Positions 34,529 through 47,717 of a stretch of DNA of 64,000 nt are shown one piece after another. The notes below the pieces were generated by a model that was not told where the DNA came from, searched no databases, and was given only the letters and a program-made list of their open reading frames with translations. A program made the translations under genes and the position numbers. The stretch covers positions 12,090,001 through 12,154,000 of the forward strand of contig OZ076416.1 of the NCBI GenBank assembly GCA_964187785.1. Direction: 5' to 3'. This DNA comes from Amphiscolops sp. MND2022. Its lineage: Eukaryota. Each line of letters begins with the position of its first letter. Within the stretch, counting starts at the first letter, position 1.

Positions 34529-34865
34529 CAGAGAGGAACCAAGCACGTCATTAAATGTTGCCGGGCCGGGCGGGCTTATAACCGGCCTTTTTCAAGCTTA
34601 AACTTTTCGGGCCAGGTATAACAATTCGGAAAATAAATTGAAAATTTATACATTAATCTTTTATTCGCTCAAAGTTAACGAAATTTGAATCAAGATTGTC
34701 TTATTCGCACAGTTCGTAGAGCCATTTAATTTCGGGTATCAAATTCGTTTTCGTGCAGTTTCGTCGGGTATTAAAAATGTTCAATAATATCGGGTCGTGT
34801 TAGGATCTTTGAAACGGGCTCGGGCCGTGCTTCGGGTAGAACATCATGACCCGGTTCCAACTCTG
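34529..34865. mobile_element. hAT-type MITE (337 bp)
   Basis: Termini CAGAG(A/TT)GGAACC, 8-bp TSD GCTACGAT/ACTACGAT, and CGGGC-rich subterminal motifs. Confidence 0.7.
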
Positions 34866-35429
34866 ACTACGATATTGATACAGATGATCGTCAAAAAATG
34901 AGGCGTGGTTTCAAACTTTCAGTTACTGATTGTGCCTAGTATGAATGTAAAAATCATTTGCAAAAATCATCCGCTGGAGATGCTTCTTCGAGACATCAAA
35001 CGTGGAGACATTTCCGCAGATTATGTTGGAAGTTTTTCGTCTGTCGTTTGTTCTGGAAATCATGTCTCCAAAATTTGCCATGTTGGAAGTTTTTGGCATG
35101 AACTAGTTTTCAGATCTTAAGAGCTTTTAGAAAGATTTCACATTGTGACTGCAAGGCGTCTGTTTTCTCCGCTAATGTCATGTTGTATCAGTACACTATT
35201 ACCCAACGTTCCACTGTCAAAAAACCAATGTCATGAAACTCGTCGTTTCTTTGATGCTATGTCAAATTCATGCCAGTTTTCCACCGTAATCAAAAATCAT
35301 TTCACGCACGTTTTGGTCTTTGGATTTCATCAATGGTGCCCCATAGGTATTAATTAGATTCAAAAACTATAAGCAATTTTTTCTATTCATTTTTTTTCAA
35401 AATTAATCAAAACAAAACCACTTTGTTGT

Positions 35430-38400
35430 CTCATCGCCTACTGGGATTTTAAATTAGTCAAGTCAGCTCAAGCAAATTCGCGGTCGGTGATTCTTTTGAT
35501 TGCTATCAATTAAAAAATATTGAATCTTCTTTCGAATTTTATGACTTCTTGATTCAACATAAAAGAATACTTTTATTGTCTCAAATTAATCAAATTGCGC
35601 TCCAATTGAGTTAAGCACTCAAGTGAGAAAAACTTCGATCTAATATTTTTCAAGGGTATGTTTTTAGGGCGATGCATTATTTCACTGAAACGAGAGAATG
35701 TATTGTTTCATGACTTAGTTTTGCATTTGATTTCTATTCTATTTTTCAGCATTTTTTGCAAAAATTGAATTGGAACCGAAACAAAAAATGCAAATCTTCA
35801 TTCACGAAGTTCGCTTATTGTTCTGCTAACTTCATTCTTCCCGAAGCTTGGTACACGAATGGACACAGCTCTCCGCACATGGATTCTCATGACCGATCAT
35901 CCATGATTCATCCATGATTCATCCATGATTCATGCAACATCCAATGACCAAGAAACACAATTTATGGAACAAAAGGTACTTCGAAGTAAATTGATTTTCA
36001 CCGATTCACGGTAATGATTACATTCTCAGCTCTCTGGGTTCTTCGCATTGACCGTTTGAGGATCCGGGCTCTGGCAACGCCAGCAAGAAACCCGCTGGCT
36101 GGTGAATACAGTTTCTGGTTTCGGATATCATTTTTCTCGGTTCCAGTTGTATTCTGTTAAAAATACAAACTTTTATTTTGCTTTCACAGTTTCAATACTT
36201 TTAGGGACGAAAGTATTTTGTACAAGGTTTGCTGTGTTCTATTTTGACTTGGTTCTAAAATTAGGAATTATTTCTAATTCCCTATTTTTACCAATGGATC
36301 GATTGTATCAAACCTAAACCAATGATTCTCTCGAAACCTAATTTACCATACATAATGTATATAAACATGTATAAGCATAAATAGAATCACTATGCAGTTT
36401 TGTTGGCCTTGGTCACTTTAGTTTAATTGTCTTTTGACTGACAGTGAACCGAATACTTTGAGACTCTAGATTACATCGTATAACATTCCTCCCTCCGGTG
36501 TTTCTTCAAGGCTTTTGACTGTCCTGGCATTGGACGTTTTTTCATCTCGAAATCCGGTGGTCTCGGTTGGCAACCCAGTCGATTTCCTCTGTTAAATCTG
36601 ATTGGACGTTCACCGTCGGTATGAAGTTTCAGCTTATCTTCGGGACTGGATCAGTTTATATCTGTTCTTTTCGGAAATATCTGAGGTTTTCATTTCGAAG
36701 TCGCTTCCTTATTTCCCCTTCCTAATTTCTCAGGTTCGGATTATGTTCTCCGGGCACCGTTTGGTATTATTTTCAATTTTCCATTCAGTATATCCCTCAA
36801 CCGTTCATTCCACTGAAGGTACTTTCTGTCCACAGGAAGTACCTACTCAGGAACGTCCCTACGCAGGAAAGGACTACTCTTCGGTGTTATCTTGTCTCGG
36901 ATGTGAGGGGCGCTTTCGTTCTTCGTGTCGCTCGAATTTTCCTTTTGGGGTTGTATTATCATTTTTAGTCGGCGCTTCATGAAGTGAAACGCGACTATTA
37001 TAGTGACTCTTTTTTTTTTCTATCCACACGAACTGACCAAAATAGTTCTTAAACGTTCTACAAAATATTATGGTGTCAAATAGCACCATTTGGCCTAGCG
37101 AACTGGACCAAAATGGTTTCACCTGTTTTTCCGCGTAACATATCATACCGGGCGAGACCAAAGAGTCCCCCCTTTCAATTTTTTTTTCGGCACTGCGAGA
37201 CATTTTTTTCGGATTTTTTTTTCGAAATTTTTTTTCCTCAAAGGGTCCCCCCTGCATTTTTTTTGATGTTTTGCGACAGAATGGATGTTGGAAAATCCCA
37301 AAGGGTTCCTCCTTTCAGTTTTTTTCGGCATTGTGAGATTTTCTCCCGAAAATAAAAAAAAATTTTTTCTTCAATTTTTTCATGTTTTGCGACAGAATGG
37401 ATGTTGAAAAACCTCAAACCCCCTTTCAGTTTTTCGGCATTGTGAGACGTTAGCGCGCCACTCGGTCCATTTTTTTAGTATGTATTTTTTTCAAAAACAA
37501 AATTTTCGAAAAATTTTCGAGTTTCGACTACTGTAAACGAATACTTGACACTTGGAAGTCTTTTTGCTATTTTTGAGCCTTGAATATGGCGCCGACTTGG
37601 GCCGGTCCCGGCTTGTTTATCTTTTTCTTCGGCTCGTTTTTGCCACTACCAAATAATTGGATACGTCGCCTTCTCCATCTCTGGTCACATTTATTGGGAT
37701 CATTGACTCATCGCCTACTGGGATTTTAAATTAGTCAAGTCAGCTCAAGCAAATTCGCGGTCGGTGATTCTTTTGATTGCTATCAATTAAAAAATATTGA
37801 ATCTTCTTTCGAATTTTATGACTTCTTGATTCAACATAAAAGAATACTTTTATTGTCTCAAATTAATCAAATTGCGCTCCAATTGAGTTAAGCACTCAAG
37901 TGAGAAAAACTTCGATCTAATATTTTTCAAGGGTATGTTTTTAGGGCGATGCATTATTTCACTGAAACGAGAGAATGTATTGTTTCATGACTTAGTTTTG
38001 CATTTGATTTCTATTCTATTTTTCAGCATTTTTTGCAAAAATTGAATTGGAACCGAAACAAAAAATGCAAATCTTCATTCACGAAGTTCGCTTATTGTTC
38101 TGCTAACTTCATTCTTCCCGAAGCTTGGTACACGAATGGACACAGCTCTCCGCACATGGATTCTCATGACCGATCATCCATGATTCATCCATGATTCATC
38201 CATGATTCATGCAACATCCAATGACCAAGAAACACAATTTATGGAACAAAAGGTACTTCGAAGTAAATTGATTTTCACCGATTCACGGTAATGATTACAT
38301 TCTCAGCTCTCTGGGTTCTTCGCATTGACCGTTTGAGGATCCGGGCTCTGGCAACGCCAGCAAGAAACCCGCTGGCTGGTGAATACAGTTTCTGGTTTCG

Positions 38401-39981
38401 GATATCATTTTTCTCGGTTCCAGTTGTATTCTGTTAAAAATACAAACTTTTATTTTGCTTTCACAGTTTCAATACTTTTAGGGACGAAAGTATTTTGTAC
38501 AAGGTTTGCTGTGTTCTATTTTGACTTGGTTCTAAAATTAGGAATTATTTCTAATTCCCTATTTTTACCAATGGATCGATTGTATCAAACCTAAACCAAT
38601 GATTCTCTCGAAACCTAATTTACCATACATAATGTATATAAACATGTATAAGCATAAATAGAATCACTATGCAGTTTTGTTGGCCTTGGTCACTTTAGTT
38701 TAATTGTCTTTTGACTGACAGTGAACCGAATACTTTGAGACTCTAGATTACATCGTATAACATTCCTCTCTCCGGTGTTTCTTCAAGGCTTTTGACTGTC
38801 CTGGCATTGGACGTTTTTTCATCTCGAAATCCGGTGGTCTCGGTTGGCAACCCAGTCGATTTCCTCTGTTAAATCTGATTGGACGTTCACCGTCGGTATG
38901 AAGTTTCAGCTTATCTTCGGGACTGGATCAGTTTGTATCTGTTCTTTTCGGAAATATCTGAGGTTTTCATTTCGAAGTCGCTTCCTTATTTCCCCTTCCT
39001 AATTTCTCAGGTTCGGATTATGTTCTCCGGGCACCGTTTGGTATTATTTTCAATTTTCCATTCAGTATATCCCTCAACCGTTCATTCCACTGAAGGTACT
39101 TTCTGTCCACAGGAAGTACCTACTGAGGAACGTCCCTACGCAGGAAAGGACTACTCTTCGGTGTTATCTTGTCTCGGATGTGAGGGGCGCTTTCGTTCTT
39201 CGTGTCGCTCGAATTTTCCTTTTGGGGTTGTATTATCATTTTTAGTCGGCGCTTCATGAAGTGAAACGCGACTATTATAGTGACTCTTTTTTTTCTATCC
39301 ACACGAACTGACCAAAATAGTTCTTAAACGTTCTACAAAATATTATGGTGTCAAATAGCACCATTTGGCCTAGCGAACTGGACCAAAATGGTTTCACCTG
39401 TTTTTCCGCGTAACATATCATACCGGGCGAGACCAAAGAGTCCCCCCTTTCAATTTTTTTTTCGGCACTGCGAGACATTTTTTTTCGGATTTTTTTTTCG
39501 AAATTTTTTTCCTCAAAGGGTCCCCCCTGCATTTTTTTTGATGTTTTGCGACAGAATGGATGTTGGAAAATCCCAAAGGGTTCCTCCTTTCAGTTTTTTT
39601 CGGCATTGTGAGATTTTCTCCCGAAAATAAAAAAAATTTTTTTCTTCAATTTTTTCATGTTTTGCGACAGAATGGATGTTGAAAAACCTCAAACCCCCTT
39701 TCAGTTTTTCGGCATTGTGAGACGTTAGCGCACCACTCGGTCCATTTTTTTAGTATGTATTTTTTTCAAAAACAAAATTTTCGAAAAATTTTCGAGTTTC
39801 GACTACTGTAAACGAATACTTGACACTTGGAAGTCTTTTTGCTATTTTTGAGCCTTGAATATGGCGCCGACTTGGGCCGGTCCCGGCTTGTTTATCTTTT
39901 TCTTCGGCTCGTTTTTGCCACTACCAAATAATTGGATACGTCGCCTTCTCCATCTCTGGTCACATTTATTGGGATCATTGA
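35430..39981. repeat. Near-identical tandem duplication, 2 x about 2.28 kb (35430-37706 and 37707-39981)
   Basis: The offset is 2277 bp. About 4 substitutions and a few homopolymer length differences were seen by eye. Confidence 0.97.
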
Positions 39982-40800
39982 CCTTTTCGCAGCAGATGCT
40001 AGGCAACCTACACAGTTGTTCCTTCTATCTTCAATATCTTGTTTGATTTTTGGCAACCACAAAAGTTTTGCGTGGTTGTTCTGGATGCCATCTTGAATGT
40101 TCCGGCATGACCAAAGTGTGAAGTGTCTAAATGTTGCTTTTAGAAAGGTTTTCAGAATACGCTCCGGATTATGATTTTATCGTTGGATGTCGGCTCCAAT
40201 CTCCTTGATAGTCCGTCGAAAATACCAAAAGCCAAACTGATCAGTTCCGCACCGGTTGTTGACATCGCAATCTATGTTTTGAGATCTAGCATGAATTCCA
40301 TCTCAGGTTTTTCGATTGATTCTTCGGGAACTTTTTTCTTCAACTATGGCTCTCATTATTTTGTATATTTGGAAGTAATTATCTGACTTCTCGTCCATGT
40401 ATAGTTTTTTAAATCAACATTTGGGAAGTTGTCTCCGGTGATGATGTGGCTTTCTCCTGATTCCGTTCGGCATTTCCTCTGTTTGTTGTTCTGCTTGTCT
40501 GCCTTGTTGAACTTCATCGTCGGAGACTGCGGTTGACTGGTAACCCCAATCGAGTTGCGCGGTGTAGCAGCTCAGTATCATTATACGCGGTTTCGGTTCT
40601 ACTCCTTTTATTTGGTATGGACGGCACCCAGATTGTCCCTTGTGCGTTCTAACCATATTTCCGTCTCATCGTTCCGGGACGGGCTATCTCCCATCTTCTT
40701 CCTACCAGCCATGATGTCTCCGGGCTCTTTTATTCGCTGCGAATATTTTCCCATGGTTCGACAGTTGTACCTCAGTAGAAATAATCTCGGTCCATTTCAT
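36155..40800 (-). mobile_element. Degenerate Ty3/gypsy relic: putative 3' LTR 36155-36485 (duplicated at 38432-38762), PPT and integrase fragments
   Basis: On the minus strand PPT GGAGGGAGGAA directly precedes TGTTATA...TTAACA. Integrase zinc-finger remnants HFGHAGTFKM...WLPKIKQDIE...CVGCLAS lie near 39990-40130. Confidence 0.65.
36962..37618 (+). mobile_element. Helentron-like HINE inserted in the gypsy relic (duplicated at about 39240-39894)
   Basis: 5' TTTTTAGTCGGCGC; three TTCGGCA(C/T)TG core repeats; 3' GGCGCCGACTTGGGCCGGTCCCGGCTTGTTT. Confidence 0.75.
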
Positions 40801-41844
40801 TCTTGAAACTAAGTAATGGTAATTCACCTACTTGAATTTTATCGCGTTTGATTATTTGTGGATCGTAATGCGGACTGGATTCCCTTTGATCGTTTATTTC
40901 GTTCACGCTTCGGTTTTTCTGGAACGTTTCGTTTTATCCTGATTGACTAATTAAATTATGTTCGCGTGTGTCTACGTTGTTCGGTGCGCTTCGTGATTGC
41001 AACGCAAAGACTCTTCCGTGTTTCAAATTTAATTCGTCTTTTCTTCACTGTAAACGTTTTCTGTTGTATCGAGCCTTACCGGAATTCGATTGAGAAAATC
41101 AGTGAAATTGAAATTGCTGCCGTAATGTGTAACAATATTGACATAAGCTAACCGATCGACTTATCTGGTGAGTCTGGTACTGCTTTACCTGCTACATAAT
41201 GTCAATTGATTAGTGGTTCTAAGGCTTAGTGGTCGGGATCTAGAAACACGTTTTTCTCGTATAAATGGAATCGGACCTGTTTGAACCCCCAAACAACTGC
41301 TAGTGCGCCACTGAGAAAACCTTATTTTGAAACGAAAACTAATACTTTTGAAAAATATCACAATGGAGAAAAATGCGAAAACGGGGGACCGTTTGGGCTT
41401 TATGACCTATTAACCTCTAAACCGATTAACCTGTGTAAAAAAAGTGGTACATACAAGGCAGGGGTGTTCAATGTTTTATTCGAATATTATTATTGGCTAA
41501 AAATGAATTATTTTATTCTCAGGGTGGAAAAAAATGAATTTCTACTTTTTTTTGCCAAAATAACTATTTTTATATTAAATACTTGATATAATTATGCAAT
41601 TATATATTTAAATATTTTTAATATAATTATGATATTATAAAAACGGATATCAGCAAAAACTTAAATTATGCTCTGAACATCACCAACAGACTAATATTTT
41701 TTGTTAACCATCAAAACAAACGCGACTCAAAGTTCATTGAGCTGAGTTTTTGGCGGTGGTTCTCCCATGACACATTGTGTTTTGGTAAAAAGTTCCGCAT
41801 TTTTAGAATTTGATAGTATCCAAGATGTTAAATTAAACGCTCTT

Positions 41845-44800
41845 TGTGACAGAGTATTGAAACGAGCATTAAATTTGAAACCAACACCTGTTAAAATTGC
41901 TAAAATGAATTACATGACATAAATTTAGTTGCTGTTGCCTTTGAATTGAGATACAGTTCGTAAATCATTTTATTTCCATTCTTTCGATTCTTTCTACTTT
42001 GCCTCGCAGTAGTCTATAACATGGCGCTGCGAAAAACGTCTACTGCGTCGGTGCAAAAAGAGAACCCTTCGTTGCTTCCCGGTCTGCCGCATTTCTGGTC
42101 AAACAATACAAGGTCCACGTAAATGAAATGGGAGAGATGATTTGACCTGTTTGCCGTAAAAATCAAAGCAAAATATTCAAAATCAATAGAAGAGCTGACA
42201 AGAAACTCAGATGCGGACAATCTCAGAATAAAGGCATTAATTGGGGATATGGCAGAAGAAGCGGCGGAGAAAAACTCGTAACTTGGCTATTCCTGTCGGT
42301 GGGAGAACCCGGAAGGAAGATGTTAAAAGACAAACATCCGGGGCTATCAGTCTGAACATTGGGAGTTCAGGACATGATGGAGAGATGTAGAAAGAAACTG
42401 CTTTCAAGTTGCTTGTAACTGAACACTAGACAAGCACAAGTTTCTGTCCAGAGAACAACAAAGTAACGAGTCTCTACAACAATTCTGGCACGCACTTAGC
42501 GGGTTGGCTTGGAGATCTGAATTGAGCAAAATCACCCAAACGTTGGTGCATGACGTGTTGATTTTAAGTATGAACAACAAAAACGTCCAGGAGAAGTTAT
42601 GTTTTGAGCCCTACAATGACCCTCAATAAACTATTTCCTACGAAGAAAGCGTCAAGAGACAAACGACCATCTAGGATAGGAGTGGCAGAAAGTTCCAAAG
42701 TGGCAATCAGGAGCGAACCGGTAAGTGCGGTGGAAAGGGTCATCAAAAGCGAAGGCTTTCGTTGCAGAGTAGGAAACTTCGCAACAGACGACATAAAGAA
42801 ATTCTCGGCCAATAATTATAATGTGAAATTATTAGATGTGAAATCTGAGACATCATTGGCCATCTCCAAAAGTGCTGTAACCAAAAATTTCCCGGGAGGA
42901 AGAAGCAGATGAAGCAGAGAATGCAGAACAGACGGAGAGGAATGTCGAGAGTGAATTACGTATCGGAAGAATCAGACGAATGGGATGTCGACACAATAGT
43001 TTTGCAGGTGAATGAAGCAGGAGCAAAACCATTCATGATAGAAGGTCTGATGTGTGAAAACATTTTCCCAGCCATCATTGATACTGGTTTTTCCTGTTTC
43101 TATTTTTGCAGTGGATGAGCTAGAACGCATCATCGGAAAACAATGGGTTGTCGTGAGAGAGGTGATCGGTGATGAAAGATACGTGGACTTTAATGGACGC
43201 CCTTTACCGCTCTTGCGATTAATTTTCGTTAGCGTCCTAGTGGTAAAACGAGAATGTCAAAGGCAAGAGTGCTTGTCGCGAAGAAAGGAGCGAAATCAAT
43301 TGTCGGCCGTTATTGGCTTACAGCGCTGAAATACGAAATTGAACAGCCAATGATACAAGGTGAGAATACAGTAAATAGCATTTCCTGCGAAAGCGTAGAA
43401 GTCCCGACGAATGGCAATTTGTTGAAGAGTTTCCAAATTTGTTCAAAAGGCGCAGTAGAGTAAACAATTACAATTAAAAATTGAGGCGAAAGACGGTACT
43501 CGAGCCACTCAGCCGAAATGACGTAGAATACCACTACAACTGCAAGAACAAGTAGATACAGAATTACAAAATCTACAGGAGCAAGGACATATTGAAAAAG
43601 TGAATACCATAGAAGACGATGTTTTTATACAACCGGTAATATTATCTGTAAAGAAAGATTGTTCTGTAAAAGTAGCACTAGATGCACGAGCGCTCAATAA
43701 CTCGATTGCGAATGATAAGTATCAAATGCCATATTTAGACAATTTATTGGACATGATCGCAGAAAACATCGACGGAAAAAAGGACAATTATCGTATTCTT
43801 CGGTCGATATGAAGTATGCTCATGGACAAGTGCCATTAGACGAAAGTACTGCTAAACATTGTAGTTTTCAAATTATCGGCGGAAAATCAACAGGTACTCA
43901 TCGATTCAAAACCGGACCTTACGGACCATCAATAATACCGACAGAATTTCAGAAACTAATGAATATAACCATGTTATTATGGACTTATATTTGTGTATAT
44001 AGAGGATATTTTAATTGTTACAAAGGGTGAAAAAAGTGTACATATGCAAGGAGTTTGGGAGGTAATGAAAGTGTTAGATAGCGCGAATTTGCAAATGAGA
44101 GCAGACAAAAGTAAAATAGCTTGAACAAAAATAGAATGGTTGGGATATGAGTTGTCGGGGGAAAGCTTGCACCAGTAAATGGCAAAGTGCAAGGAATTAC
44201 CGAAAGACTGCGACCAGGTAATTTAAGAGAGTTGAGATCATTCCAGGGAGCCCTTTACCAACTAAACAAAATTGTAGCTGAATTAGCTGATTTTTGTGCA
44301 ACATTTATATCAATATTGAAGAGAGAAGCTGAGTGGGAATGAACTCGAGGACCAAAGGCGGCATTTTTGAAAACTAACCAAGAAGTTTAAAAAATAACGG
44401 AAATGGCATATTTTAAAAGATAAGAAATTGCGAATCATCTGCGATGCGAGCAAACAAGGATTAGAGGCTGCCCTTCAGCAGCAGCAACATAACCGAGATT
44501 GGAAGCAGGTGTCATTTGCGACTAGATTTTTAACGAACTTCGAATCCAAGTGTTCGAATAACGGATTGGAATTATTAGCTGTTTGGGCGATCGAAGGAAG
44601 TTTGGGCGATCGAACACTTTAAAAGTTACGTTTACGGCGTGAAATTTCAAGTATTTTCAGATGATAAAGCGTTGGTGTCGGTGCTGAAACCAAACAGGAG
44701 TAACAAAACAATCTCTAGCGTTTGAAACGGTGGGTGGATTGGTTATTGCCATTCGAATTTGAAGTCACTCATGCACCAGGAAGAGTACTAGGTTTTGCGG

Positions 44801-47717
44801 ATTACTTGTCAAGACACCCTAGTGAAAAAATTGATGCTGCTTCAGAAATTGAGACAACTCCTTTGGAGAAGCCAAAAGCAATGAATCTGCCGCGCGCGCC
44901 TGATTCGATATTGAGAGTGGAAAGCATGCAAGACGTGCAACAAGCGGAGAAAGCAAAAGAACGAAAAGGTAATCAGCCAATCAAATCGCAGGAAAGGTAC
45001 GTGTGGTCGAACAAACGGAAACTCAGTGCGGTACAAAATCTAACCGAAGCAAGCGTGCAAAGAAATCGCAAAACCATGCTGAATAATGCTCCCGAAGGTA
45101 TTGACAAAACCAATGACCCATTCCTTCCCGCGAATTATGAAGCTGATAAAATGCTTCAAAAAGTCATTCAACTAGTAAAAACAAAAGATGGGACATGAAT
45201 CTATCGGTTGTCTGCGCCCTGGCGCAAAAAATTCAATTCCTTCAGCGTCGATAGCTGCAAAGTCTTGTATAAGGATGAACAGCTAAAGATCCCTATTAAT
45301 TTACGCGCCTCAATTATGAGTTTGATTCACTATGGACATTCTGGCAGAGATATCATGCTCCGGTATTTCCCCGATATCTGGTGGCCCAAAATACACCATG
45401 AAGTAGTCACGACGGCGAAATGTTGCGACCAGTGCAACCTGGCATGTAAAAATATTAAACCTTTACTAAAACAAAAGCAATTTGGGCAAACTCCAAAATC
45501 GGAAAACCCGAACGACGAAATAGCATTAGATTTCGCGGGTCCCTTTCAAAATGCGGAAAAAGATATCTGTTAGTAGCCGTAGACAATTTTACTGGGAGGC
45601 CCGACGCCCTATTTTTACAGAAACTATCAACCAAGGAAGTAATCGAATTTTAAAAAAATACATATCAGAGTATGGTATACCGAAACAAGACAGATCCGAT
45701 CCAGGCACAGTGTTTACTACCGAAAAGTTTGAAACCAATTTTGTCGCCAATTTCAAATAAAACGTGTAACCAGCCCAGTGCGCGAATACCGGGTAAATGG
45801 CAAATGCGAGCGATTGATCCAAGCCATAAATGAACGACTAAGGACGAATAGGAACATTGTTTGAAAAGAGACAAATTAGGCCTATCAGAAATACTATACG
45901 CCATAAGAAAGGGAAAAACAGCGGACGGGAAATTGCAATTTCAGAACTTGTACGGTCGAAAACCGAACACGGTAAAAAGTAACATAGTAGACAAAATTAA
46001 GGGAGTTTCAGAAGTAGAACCAGGTGTGAAATTAAGCATGTCAGATTTCGAAGAGGAAATCGCTTCGGCAATCCTGGTGAGGGAGAGGACCAAAGGGTCC
46101 AAACTAGAAAGTCAATTTAAAAAGAAGGCCGGATAGGTGATCAAGAAGACCGCCCATACTATCACTTTCCACCCGAAACACGAAAAAAAAGGAGATGATC
46201 TACTCAAAACTGGACGTGGCTAAGGCAAAGCAAGAGAAGAAGAGCCGACAAAACCCGAAACTCCAAACAGAGGAGGAAGCTGGTCCCTCCACACAAAGGG
46301 AAGTAAAGGTAGAATCGTCGGAAGACGAAACTTACGACGTAACTGAGGAAACTTGAGACGACGAATCAACCCCCACAAATACCACCACTACGGAGAACGT
46401 CGAGTCAAAAAACGAAACAGAAAACGATGGAAGGAAGAAGAGGAGTCGAGGCCTGAGGCAGTTGAGGCAGAAAGGGAGGAATTGGGAGTTCCTCAGGAAG
46501 TGTCTACCAACATGGAAGAAGCAATCCACTTAGAAGAGGTAATTCCTGAAAAAAGACAGAAGCTAGGGAAGAAGAAGGCCGTGAAAGCACCGGTGACATG
46601 GACCCCCGGAAAGGGAAACGCGTCGAAGACGACCAACGGAACGATAAGGGATCGAGGTGGTCATGCAAGTAGACCATGAAGAAAATAGCAAAAAGATGTG
46701 AAAGAAATCAGCTGACACACAATAACCGTCAAACATTAGAAATCATCAGTATCTGGAACTGAAGAAACATTGAACGTAATTTTGTTCAATATGGTACAGT
46801 TGATTTAGTCATGTAATCCGAAATAAATACATTAAAACATTGAGTGACATTATTTATTACCATGTAGCAATTAACCCAGGTGTTATATAACAAGACGAGA
46901 ACGTCCAAAGTCGGCGCCATATCTAAGGCTCAAAAAGCGCAAAATATTTTTTTTTGAAAAAATTGAAATTTTTGATTTTTTTCCTTTCAAAAAAAGTCGC
47001 TTAGTGCCAAAAATTGTAAAGGGGAGCCCTTTTGGATTTATTAACATACATTCCGTTGCAAAATATCAAAATCCTCGAAGGGCGGACCCTTTGAGGACAA
47101 TAAAATACTTTCGAAAAAACGTCGCACAGTGCCGAAAAAAGTCCAAAGGGGAGACACTTGAGGCACGTCCGGTATTGTAGGTAACGTTAAAAAGGTAAAA
47201 AATGAAAGAGGGTCCCTTTGGAGACAAAAACAATTATCCGAAAAAAAGTCGCACAGTGCCGAAAAAAATCCAAAGGGGGACCCTTTGGGCACGTCTGGTG
47301 CTGTATGTTTCCTTGAAAAAGTAAAAAATGAAAGGGGGGACCATTTGGACTAAGTTTTCAAGTTTGCCTGGGCCGGACTTGGCCTTAGTTGGTGTTTCAG
47401 GATTGTTTCTAAAAAGTAGACCGATCAGAGTGAGGATTGTAATTGAAGAAAAAAAAGGTCACTGCTATAGTCGGGCATTTTTCCTTAAAAGGATAAAGCG
47501 CTGACTAAAAACGGGGTGTGTTACAGAGTATTGAAAAGAGCAATAAAGTGGACTTTGAATTAATGCTAGTAGTTACCAACACCTGTCAAAAATGCTAGAA
47601 TGAATTACATGACATAAATTTAGTTGCTGTTGCCTTTGAATCGAGATACAATTCGTGATACATTATTATCTCCTTTTTTGCCATTCTTCTTACTTTGCCT
47701 CTCAGTAGTCTATAACA
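41845..47717 (+). mobile_element. Old full-length Ty3/gypsy element with short LTRs (41845-42021 and 47519-47717), heavily mutated gag-pol
   Basis: The LTR pair is alignable (TGT(G/T)ACAGAGTATTGAAA...GTAGTCTATAACA). PBS TGGCGCTGCG at 42022; PPT-like AAAAACGGGG; TSD CTCTT/CTTTT. Remnants: DTG (43080), ALDARALN...DKYQMP, YIED (dead YxDD), CDASKQG, ADYLSRHP and HYGHSG...CDQC. Confidence 0.9.
46889..47511 (-). mobile_element. Helentron-like HINE inserted next to the PPT of the gypsy element
   Basis: ACAAGACGAGAACGTCCAAAGTCGGCGCC at the left end, GTCGGG...GCGCTGACTAAAAA at the right end, and two GTCGCACAGTGCCGAA core repeats. Confidence 0.75.
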
